From Eledone cirrhosa (taxonomy: Eukaryota), in contig OZ024742.1 of the NCBI GenBank assembly GCA_964016885.1, forward strand, positions 240,932,001 to 240,996,000: a DNA stretch of 64,000 nt, in the 5' to 3' direction. This document shows, one piece after another, positions 52,960 to 64,000 of the stretch. Both the position numbers and the translations under genes were made by a program. Within the stretch, counting starts at the first letter, position 1. The number at the start of each line of letters is the position of its first letter. The notes beneath the pieces were generated by a model. The model searched no databases. It was not told the DNA's origin and saw only the letters and a list, made by a program, of their open reading frames with translations.

Positions 52960-55817
52960 ACAACCAAATGTGCCAATGTGGACTTGGACAAACGTTATCG
53001 GGTCATCCAGATCATATCTAGATAGAGTATTTTGTAGGGAAATAGATAGGTCTAGTATAGGCTCTCCACAATTCAAGATAATCAGCTACGCGGACCACAA
53101 ATTCGTGATCTGTGTGCTTGACTTAGATAGACTTCATAGACGAGGACCCGGCTACTGGAAGCAAAACGCGTCCTTACCAGCGCGCAAGGCCTACAGAGAC
53201 CGGATTAGCGAACTAGTTAAGCGGGCGTTGACGGAGGCCATCGTCAACAACAAGTGGTGGTTTGCTCTGAAAAGAGCGATTAGAATAGAGTCCATTAGGT
53301 TTAGTAAGGCTTTAGCTATAGAGAAAAATAGAGCAGAGGGAGAACTAGTTAGAAAATTAGACGAGGCGCTTAGCAAAGGCATCGCGACCGACGTACTTGC
53401 GGCGAAATTGGCCCTTGACCAATTCTTCAATGCAAAGCACGAAGGCTGCGTTGTCAGAGCTAGGGTGCGTGCTCTCAGACACGAGGGGACGAAAGCCGTT
53501 CAATGGGCCCGAGTGGAGGAGGCGCGTCGTGGCAACAAAGCCACGATCCGGTCTTTGGTGGACCACGACGGGCGCATGCTACTCGATCCCGGGCAAATAT
53601 GTGAAGCTTTTCAGCGACACTTCGCACAGCTGTTCGGGGGCAACGGCGGGCCGGATCGAGGGATGGACTTTAGTGTCTACCTCGACGGACTGCCGCGGCT
53701 CTCGGCCACTGAGGCGGAGTGTTGCGAAAAGCCGATAACAGCCGCTGAAGTACGGGGCGCAATGACTGGCAGCACAAGGGGTAACTCGCCTGGTTTGGAT
53801 GGTCTGCCTTATGAACTTTACGTACAGATGCCAGACTTGTTCGGAGGCCTCTTGGCGGACGTCTACTGCAACTGGCAACAGAACGGGAGAATTCCCAGCT
53901 CTGTGAGCCGAAGAGCGGTGGCGCAGCTGAGAAAGGATCCGAACAATGGGGATAACATAGATAATTTCAGGCCCATAACTCTGCTAAACACAGAGTTCAA
54001 GATTTTGGCCAAGGTGCTAGCAAAGAGGTTGGCGCTTGTCGTTGGCGGTCTGGTGGGAGAGGCGCAGACATGCGCCATTCCCGACAGATCCATCCACGAC
54101 AACCTCCACCTCATGCGATACATCGTAGAGATGGTAGCTAGGGAACCTGGCACGGGTGGGTCCTTGATAAATTTAGATCAGTCGAAAGCTTTCGATAGAG
54201 TCGACCATCGTTACCTAGCAGCAGTCCTGAGGGCTGCTGGCTTTGGGCCCGTCTTCAGAGGCTGGATCGCTGCCATGCACAGCGACATCTGCTCTGTGAT
54301 GAGAGTAAACGGTCACCTTTCTGAACCGTTCAACATCATGCGCTCGGTCCGCCAAGGATGTCCCCTCTCGTCCCTCTTGTACGTATTGACTCTCGAGCCA
54401 TTACTGCACAAACTGGAGACGTTGAGGGGGGTCCCGAGCGAACTAGGATGCGGAAGATCCGTGTCAGCATATGCGGACGATGTCACCGTAGTGGTGTCGA
54501 ACGCCAAACACATCGAGGCGATCGGCACTACACTAAGAGAATACGAAGCGGTGACAGGAGCAATGATCAACCAGGAAAAGTCACCTGGAGAGGCAGGTCC
54601 ATGCCGTCCAACAGCGTCGTCGGGCGCTGGACGGACGGACCGGTTAAATTGCTAGGAGTCTGGTTGGGTCCGGACCTCCAGACGGACAAAAACTGGGACG
54701 AGGTGACGAGCAGGGTGCCTTCTCTCACCCAGAAATGGGCCGAGAGGAAGCTGTCCCTGAAAGGTCGAGCGGAGGTGGCGAATGCGTACATCACGTCCGT
54801 CATCTACTACCGCCTGACCGTCGTACCTTGTCCTAAGCCCCGCCTGACTGCGCTGGAGCGTTTGCTCTTTCGCTTCTTGTGGAAGGGACGTGCTCCGATG
54901 ATCAGGCGGTCCATCTGCTGTCAACACCCGCTACGTGGAGGGCTGGGCATGCCGTGGATGATGATGCGCAGACACGCGCTCAGGCTACGGCATCTCCACC
55001 TCTTCCTCGACGGTGATCAGGTGTGGTCGCCGTTTGCTAGACGCGTCTTTCCCCAGCTCGTCTCCTTGACGGAGCTGCAGTCCTGGGTCAAGCGAAGACC
55101 GAGAACGCGCGCTTGGAGACTGGAACGTCTTCAGGCGCTCACAGCCCTCGGCCAATCGGGCAATGTGATCGGTGGAAACTCCACCCTGGCGTTCTATAGA
55201 GGATTAGTGGAGGAGAAGAGCGACGACGTACTTGGAGAAACTCTAGGCGTCGACGAAAATCAACTAGCCAATCTCTTCGGAAGGACTTTCGGACCGGGGC
55301 CTATGGAAAATTTCCAGAAATCCCTGGTCTGGCAGTGCTACCGAGGAGTTTGCCAGTTCTGGATAAACTCTACAGGCATGGAGGTGCCGTCAGCCGGGCA
55401 TGTCCGAGATGCGTGCAGGGCGACGAAACCGTCCTGCACGCACTCGTCCAGTGTCCGAGCATTGCTGACTTGTGGGTTTATGTCGAACACCTGCTGTCAC
55501 GTGTAGGACGGATCCAGCTATCAGCTGAGTCCATCGTGAGGATTGCCCCGCCGTCTTCCTTTAGCCGGGAAGAGCAGGCAGTTTTTATCTGTCTTGTGGC
55601 CATGGCGAAAGAGATAGTATGGTGGACACGTTTGAAAGGGCTGAAGACGAGCACCTACCTCTTCGGTGATGCCCTGATTAACTTTTTCAAATTTCATTTG
55701 AAAAGGAAAATCAGGGTAGAGAGGGAAGTGCTCTCTTCCCAGCATTTTGTTGAAAGATGGGTGAGAGAAGCAAGTATGGCCCGAGTGAATGGGCCTACTC
55801 TGAGTATGTGTCTGTAA
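52960..55817 (+). pseudogene. Tx1 ORF2 reverse transcriptase; APE domain mostly deleted; frameshifts near 54585 and 55350
   Basis: YLDRVF..YADHK, GPGYWK.N, SPGLDGLPYE, FRPITLLN, LDQSKAFDRVDH, SVRQGCPLS, AYADD, CPRC..ETVLHALVQC. Confidence 0.92.
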
Positions 55818-57080
55818 ATTAAAGGTGGAAAACTGGGAGAGGCCACTTGCCCTGGTGGTCAGGGTCACTGTGGCCTTTTAATGGGCTTTCTCCACAAATG
55901 TCCCTCGGAAGTCTCCCCCCTATTGGGGAAATTTTCATTGTTATTCTTTTTGTTACATCCTCTGTTTTTGTTTTTTTTTACACGCAGAAATGCCCATTTG
56001 TACCGTCCTGTATTGTCCTGTACTGTCCTTAATGTCTACTTTATGTAAACCCTTGTGGTTAATAAAGAAAGCATTATTATTATTATTATTATCATTATTA
56101 TTATTATTGGAACGATGATGAAAAGGTGAGTGATCTCCCGCTGTGCTCATTATAATATAGTTAATAAAACATTTCTTTCAATTATAAATGACGTATCTAT
56201 ATTAATTTTTGTTGACTATAATATGTTTGTATAAGTATACAAGTGGGATACGTGTGCGAATGAATTTTTGGAAGATTTGCATGTATTTACGTGCGTGTGT
56301 ATCTGCGTTAGTTATTCTTTATGTATTTGTGCTTGAGTATAAAATTATATATTTCTCAGTTGAATGTATGTTTGTGTGTGTGCGTGTATGTGGGAGGGGG
56401 GGGGGGGAGTATTTGTTGATATGTGAAGTGTATATACATTTGCACTTGCGAAAATTATTACGGATAACCTCAGCTCAATGTGTGTGCCTGTTTGCGTGCC
56501 TGCGTGCGCACCACGCTGTGTGAACTTCTCTGGTTGTATGTACATATTGCTTATGTGTGTGCTTGTATATTTGTGAGTGCATTTTTGTGCGTGTGTGTGT
56601 GCGTGTTTGTGCTTTGTTATCTCTCTCAGATAGATTGTGTGTGGTGTACGCGTGTTCGTGTTCGTGTGTGTTCGTGTGTGTGCGTGTACCAGTCTGCGTG
56701 TGTCTTTGAAAATCACAATTATTTTTTATCGACATTAAAAATAAATGAAAATCACGAAATAGAGATCTTATATAATAAAGAACAGCAAGAGCTCAACAGG
56801 AAAAATTAATCAATCTGTTAATTAATTGCACTGAAATTCAAATGATACTTTCAAACATTCTACACATGAATTTCCTCATCTTGATTTCTAGTTGTATATA
56901 TGTATATATAACTACAAAAAGGTAACACCACAGTGTATCCATAAATTGTATTAATGTACACACACAGCCAGTCATGAATGCCATGGGTAATGTACATACA
57001 CAAATACATACACACACACATACACACACACATACATACATACACGCACACATACATACATACATACATACATACATACA

Positions 57081-57174
<94 letters not shown>

Positions 57175-57239
57175 CATATATACATACATGTACGTCGGTA
57201 CATACATACGTATATATATATATACATACATACATAAAC

Positions 57240-58069
57240 ACTGTACAATGCAGTTCATAAAAAAGATAGCCCCGATAATAAACACATTAAAAGCTACAAC
57301 AATGTGGAAGACATCCATGTACATAATATGAAAGAGTACTGCTGGAATGTTCCAGTAAAAACCCCAATAAAATGCAGGCATAACAGACCAGATATTATGA
57401 TATGGGACAGGGAGAAGAAAACATGCACAGTAGTGGAAATTAGCTGCCCAGCAGATGCCAATATAATATCAAAGATTAGTGAAAAGGGGAATATTTATGC
57501 AGAACTGATGAGAAATCTGCAGATACTCCACCCTGATTACACCTTCAGATTTATGCCTGTGATTATTGGGGCACTGGGATATATTAGTAACTGCCTCAAT
57601 ACAAATCTTGAGAAGCCAGGCTTCACAGGAACAGAAAGACACAACTAGTTAGGAAATTACAAGTACAATCCTTTAATGGAACAGTAAAAATATGTAAAAA
57701 ATTCCAAAAATTTTGCATCTAATAACTGCATATACACATGTACACATACAACTCAAAATATACACATCCGCACATACAATAACATCCATATCTACACATG
57801 CATGCATACATACATATCTACCTAGTTGATGTTGTGTAAATTCCAATGAGAGAGTCTTGTGTCTATGTTAGAAACCGACTCTCTCTCTATTGGTAACACT
57901 TTGTGAAATTATAAAACCAGAAGAACATACATACATACATACATACATACATACATACATACATACATACATACATACATACATACCTACATATGTATAT
58001 ATACAAGCTTACCTACTATGCATATTCAATCAATCTGAATGACACATGCACACATACACACATATCTGC

Positions 58070-58119
<50 letters not shown>

Positions 58120-58126
58120 ATGTGTA

Positions 58127-58170
<44 letters not shown>

Positions 58171-58525
58171 TAGTACATGTATACATGTGTACACAACCAT
58201 ACATACATATATACATACATAGGAAATTACAAGTACAATCCATTAATGGAACAGTAAAAATATGTAAAACATTCCAAAAGTTTTGCATCTAATAACTGCA
58301 TATACACATGAACAGGTACAAAGCATATACACATGCACAGATACAAGTCAAGACATACACATCCACACATACAATAACATCCATATCTACACATGCATGC
58401 ATTCATACATATCTACCTAGTTGATGTTGTGTAAATTCCAATGAGAGAGTCTTGTGTCTATGTTAGAAACCGACTCTCTCTCTATTGGGAAAAATTTATG
58501 AAATTATAAAACCAGAAGAACATAC
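57240..58525 (+). pseudogene. 3' fragment of an RLE-type LINE (R4/NeSL-like) with tandemly duplicated 3' end and (TACA)n tails
   Basis: HNRPDIMIWDREKKTCTVVEISCP...PVIIGALG; 57650-57930 is repeated at 58221-58525. Confidence 0.8.
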
Positions 58526-58682
58526 ATACATACATACATACATATATAGATATACATACATATATACATACACACACACACACACATACATACATACATA
58601 CATACATATATAGATATACATACATATATACACACACACACACACATACATACATACATACATACATACATACATACATACA

Positions 58683-58718
<36 letters not shown>

Positions 58719-58759
58719 CACATACAGATATACATACATGTACGTCGGTACATACATAC

Positions 58760-58798
<39 letters not shown>

Positions 58799-58941
58799 CA
58801 TATATATGATACATATTCTTTATGTATATCTATATATATTTGTATACACACACACAATCACACACACACATGTGTTGTTACTACCTTATATGCAAGCAGG
58901 AGCATAGAAATACATAGGCTTAAACACACTCATACAGTATA

Positions 58942-58985
<44 letters not shown>

Positions 58986-59025
58986 ATTAAATAAATGGAA
59001 AACTATATTTATAAAACCATATTTA

Positions 59026-59087
59026 TTTCATTATATATATTTCGGGGATATCATATTAACAATATGCTATGCCTTCATCAGACAAAA
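59026..59087 (-). ncRNA. Hammerhead in a solo pLTR fragment (58981-59240)
   Basis: ttttgt CTGATGA agg..ccc GAAAT ATAT ATA atgaaa; same family as 19410 and 36497. Confidence 0.75.
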
Positions 59088-59236
59088 TACAATATAAACA
59101 GTTTTATAGATAAATAGATTCGACATACCGTAATAACACCGACTTCATTGTAAATATACTCCAAATATTTGTCGAGTGCTTTTATATCAGTTATAAATAT
59201 TTACTAGTTGTAACCCAACAATTTTAAATATAACTT

Positions 59237-59281
<45 letters not shown>

Positions 59282-59399
59282 ATACATGTACGTGTATATA
59301 TGCACATATAATAAACATTTTGATTGTACTCAGTTTTCTATTTTCAATATCTAGTTAAATATTTCAGAACTGTTAGAAAAAATATGAACAGACATCTAA

Positions 59400-60500
59400 C
59401 AAAGGACTATATCACGTCGACAGTCTCTTCGCCGATTGGGTCCGGAAGAACGTAATACCTTCTTCAGTAATCTAGGTTTAAGGATCACCATAGAGTCGTA
59501 CACCACTACATTAGATTTAGCATCTTCTCTCCACAAAGCAAACGAATCCCTTAAACGCATTAGTGTTAACTAAGTGTTAACCGAAAACATGTTACAAATA
59601 ACCTAGTTACAAACGTATTTGATACAATTTCGACTCTTTCAGCCAACGAAGACAACTTTAGAGCATCCGCCTCCTACTATAACGAGGCTGTAGCCCGTAA
59701 CGGTTTTAACCCTTTAGCATTAACATTATTCTATATATACTAATGGCCAGTGGATTGGCAGTATCGGTAGAGGGTCGGACGCCATGCTTTGACGCATAGA
59801 GTTACGGCCCTTGCCATTCTGAGTTCAAATCCCGCCGAGGTTAACTTTGCCTTTCATCCTTATGGGGTCGATAAAATAAAGTACCAGTAATACACTGGGT
59901 AATTGCTGGCCTTGTGCCAAAAGTAGAAACAATTATTCTATATATACTATTATATTTTAATGGTAAAGGCTTTACCTCACATAATTATCTCACATAATAT
60001 CGAATCTATGAGATTTTGAAAGTATTTCATCTGAGAACAATACCTTAACATCAGTTTGAGCGACCAGTTACAGCCAGTTTCAACAGAAAGAGGTAGTGAA
60101 TATTCTGGCCGGTTTTGGCCGTTTTGAACATTAAAGGGTTAAGGACAAGATTACCTATACAGACGGCACACTCCAACTCTTTAACAGAAATATATACAGG
60201 TAGATAAGTTGGAAATCCCCCCCCCCCTAACAGGCTGGTGTCAACACCAATATCTAGGATCAAATTATTAAACAAGCATTTTTCTATGCAAACACAAGTA
60301 TTGTAAAATCTTTAACAGGAACACTATTGGACATTCCTACTCAACAACACATGATTTAGCTAGGAACATAGCCAACCTAAAGTGAATAAGTTCATAACTT
60401 CCAAAACCCACGGCCGTAGTGGGGCACCGTACAACTGCCTAACAATGATACCTAGCCACTGGAAAACGAATGTTTGGTGGACGATATCGTATACAAATGC
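59400..60500 (+). pseudogene. Degraded PLE RT-thumb fragment interrupted by a MITE
   Basis: ISTLSANEDNFRASASYYNEAVARNGF|KDKITYTD...KIFNRNTI.HSYSTT parallels 33537-34520. Confidence 0.65.
59710..60138. mobile_element. TTAA-targeting (piggyBac-like) MITE containing a nested SINE (59743-59931 +)
   Basis: TTAA|CCCTTTA...TAAAGGG|TTAA; SINE TSD attattctatatatacta at 59725-59742 and 59932-59949. Confidence 0.75.
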
Positions 60501-60701
60501 GATACAATTACATATATACATACACACACACACATATATATATATTTTTTATGTGTATTTGGTGTATAAGTTCGTATGTGTGCGGATTTATGTATGTGTG
60601 CACGTGTTTATGTGTACGTGCATGTATATGAATGCATGGCGGGTGTTTTCGCGTATGCACGTGTATGTACGTATATAGATGCGTGTATGTATATATTTAA
60701 T

Positions 60702-60751
<50 letters not shown>

Positions 60752-60754
<3 letters not shown>

Positions 60755-61190
60755 TAGAAGAGGTACCCGGCGTTGCTCGGGTATTAAATGGCAGTTGTGT
60801 ATACCATTTATGTCAATACTTCAGTGCTGCTTCGAAAACTATACTTTTACAAAATCATCGGCTTTTTCCAAAAGGGGATTCCTGCCCCCCAGGGGTCCCC
60901 TACTCAATATGTGCCAATTCTGAGAGTTCACATTCAACTGTAGGACAAACGTAGCCCATGTGTCAAGTTTTGTGAAAATCGGTTGCGAACTCCAGAAGTT
61001 ATGACGTTTTGTTGCATTGCACTGCAGTGCTTCAGTCGACTCCAAGGAGCGGTTAAAGGGGGTTATCTGCCGGGAAGCCCTATAATCAATATCTGGAAAA
61101 ATGAAAGTGCCTATGACCACCCGGAGTACATAAGTAACCTATGTCTTAAGTTTGGTGAAAATACTGTAGAAATGCATAAGGTTTATACAT
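60752..61190 (+). mobile_element. Possible non-autonomous Helitron/Helentron-type element
   Basis: Subterminal palindrome tacccggcgttgctcgggta after (TA)n; repeated aagttt.gtgaaaat motifs. Confidence 0.4.
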
Positions 61191-61206
61191 ACGCGCGCGT
61201 GCGTGC

Positions 61207-61299
<93 letters not shown>

Positions 61300-61397
61300 T
61301 GGGTGTGTATGTAATTGTGTGTGCGTATGTATGTGTATGTCCGTCGGGGCATACGTATGTACTGGCCTAAATCTTCACTATTTACTTTTACTATTTT

Positions 61398-63291
61398 AAT
61401 AACCTCTGTCATTTTCGTTTTCAATTTTATTTACGTCATTCTTAAACTCCGGGGCTGGAAATCATTCTGTTATTTTAAATAGAATATTAATCTAACGACT
61501 CCATTTATACCATAAACTTGGTCTTGTCTTTGCATGAAATTGTTCTTCCCGCTCCACATATCGACGTATTATCCTCGCTTTTTTCCGTTCATTGCCAGGG
61601 AACGTCTTCACGAACCAAAATATCGTCTTCCTGTTTTCCTTCGGTTTCAACGTTTCTCGAAATATTTACTTCTGCGTTCACAGATTACTCTCAGTTCAAT
61701 TTGAATGGGAAATTCATGTTTCATCGATTTTCTCCGTAACCATGGAAGCTTGTAGCTTGAAAGTCGACCCAACGCCTCCTCGGGTCATTCTGCATAACTG
61801 TATAAATTTTCGCTGCATTCCACCAAGCCGTTTCGACGTTTATCCGACTACACCTACATATACAACGTCCGACCACTTCCAATTTATATAGTAGATATAT
61901 ATATATATATTTATGTATTTGGATTGGTGCTCTCAAATAGCGATGTATAGTATATTTAGCAATATACCGTATGTTTAATAAAAAAACATTTAGAAGACCA
62001 TACGTTATCGGTTTTAAAGTAGTGACTATATCACTTACTTCTTTTCGGCGAAAGAAGGGAGAGAAACTAACAGAGCCACCCCCCACCCTGCTTCCGCCGA
62101 AAATGATAGAAGCTGGATTCTTATAGAATCCCTAATAATAATCAGGAACGACAGAGATGGGGGGAAGGTGAGAGGCAATGTGAAGGTGTTTTACATATAT
62201 ATGTGTGTGTATATATGTATGTTTATGTATGTGTGTGTATGTGTACGTCTGCATATATGTATATGGGTAAATCTGACTGTATGTGTAGGTGACCTCATAT
62301 ATGTGCATGTGCGTGTATGTGTGTATTGCCGGTACATGTGTGTGTATATATATATGTATATATATATGTGTGAGTATACGTGTGTGCGAGTGTGTATGTG
62401 TATATCTTGCATACATGAGTGTGAGTCCATGTGCCCATACCCATGTGTATGTATGTGTATGTATATATGTAAAACACCTTCACATTGCCTCTCACCTTCC
62501 CCCCATCTCTGTCGTTTGCCACCCCCACCGATACTCCCCCCACTCTCCATATTCGTGTCCGCATGCGCGCATACACATACACGTGTGTACATATACATAT
62601 TGGCTGTGTGTGAGCGTATGTCGATATGTGTGGGCAGGGATGTGCGTATGTGTTTTATGTTGTGTGTGTTTATACATATATACATATATGTGTGTGCGTA
62701 TACGTATATACAAGGTATCTGTCAGACGAAGAGCGTCTAACTATGTATCTATGTAAGGACCTGACGCCACCAATACATCCACCACACCACCACAAACGCC
62801 GCTACCTTAGACAATGGCACCACTACCACACCCCCACCCACACGCCAACCCGTCTACTGACAATCCACTAACCTCATACCACAGTCCATCCCACTAAATA
62901 ACCTTAACCACCACCATATCATCACATCCACCCCCAGATACTCTACACGCCAAGGCCAACCCACCACCACTACACCACAGCCAACCTCATCCACAGACCA
63001 TCACCAACATCTCACCATCACACCCACCCCCATATACACTACAGGCCAGTACATCGCCTTGATCCTTCCCACCAATCAAAACAACTCATTTTGTCAAACT
63101 CTTGAAACTCTGACTTTACCACATAGCATGTATTTCATTTTCTTATAGCATTTTAAGAGGGTCCGTCGAGCTGCCGATTATTGAGTCGGGTAGGATCGAT
63201 ATAGATCGAACCTTGAGCTGATCAGTGGCGAAACGCGCGTCACCTATCAATAAATGCAATGAAGGAATAATCAATCGTCCTTTTTATCCTT

Positions 63292-63324
<33 letters not shown>

Positions 63325-63451
63325 GTATACCCATGATGTTTGCTCTAATCTGAGATTAGAAGAACTGCGAAACCGGTAAAGGAACCAAATAAATATATAT
63401 ATTAAAAAAAAAAATAAGTCTCCAGTTGCATTTTCGATTTCATCTCTTTTT

Positions 63452-63512
<61 letters not shown>

Positions 63513-63852
63513 TAACAGATTAAAGTTTAAGCAAAGAATCGCTGCTTTCACCCTTAACGGAATCTTCTGAAATTAAAAAATCAATCTGTGAACGCAGAAG
63601 TAAATATTTCGAAAAACGTTGCAACCGAAGGAAGACAAGAGGACGATACTTTGGTTCGTGGAGACGTTCCCTGGCAATGAACGGAAAAAACGAAGATAAT
63701 ACGTCATTATTTGGATCGGTGAGAACAATTACACGCAAAGACAAAACCACCTTTATGGTATAAATGAAGTCGTAGACCAAAATTCTATTTAGGAAACCGA
63801 ATGATTCTCGGCTTCAGAGTTAAGAATAATGTAAATAAATTACAGAGGTTAT
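61398..63852. repeat. Diverged long inverted repeat (61398-61686 / 63583-63852; extends to 60560-60705 / 63865-64000)
   Basis: e.g. ttcattgccagggaacgtct.cacgaaccaaa vs tttggttcgtggagacgttccctggcaatgaa. Inner inverted repeat at 62148-62200 / 62463-62514. Confidence 0.7.
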
Positions 63853-64000
63853 TGAAATCAACAATAATTAAATATATACATGCACGCATCCATATATGTA
63901 CATACACATGCATACGCGAAAACACCCGTCATGAGTATACAAATACAGGCACGTACACAAAAACACGCACACACATATAAAAACCCGTGCAACGCCTGTA

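Larger units (their letters stand above)
50990..56108 (+). mobile_element. Near full-length Tx1/L1-clade LINE, defective
   Basis: 5'UTR, ORF1, ORF2, 3'UTR and (ATT)n tail. Confidence 0.9.

Noticed and set aside
62720-62745. cagacgaagag as a ribozyme core
   Set aside because: No downstream GAAA box or stems found.

Overview
AT-rich, microsatellite-saturated eukaryotic DNA with no recognisable host exon. The SINE family and repeat landscape suggest an octopod cephalopod (inference). Most ORF-track entries are (TA)n/(CA)n artefacts. The real content is retroelements. There are at least three lineages of Penelope-like elements (PLEs; RT + GIY-YIG), two of them flanked by ~1.4-kb inverted pLTRs. 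There are also Tx1/L1-clade LINEs, an R4/Dong-like RLE LINE, CRE and RTE remnants, about 18 tRNA-derived SINE copies and a few MITEs. Main observations: (1) over 20 hammerhead-ribozyme (HHR) motifs from about 10 unrelated families, many as opposite-strand pairs in fold-back units inserted in (TA)n; (2) an uninterrupted two-ORF Neptune-like PLE whose RT frame begins in a 70-nt, ATG-free overlap containing an in-phase U_UUU_UUA heptamer, a candidate -1 ribosomal frameshift; (3) U3-A8 covariant HHR cores; (4) a SINE whose 3' tail and (ATT)n target match the local Tx1 LINE. All coordinates were read by eye; boundaries are approximate.
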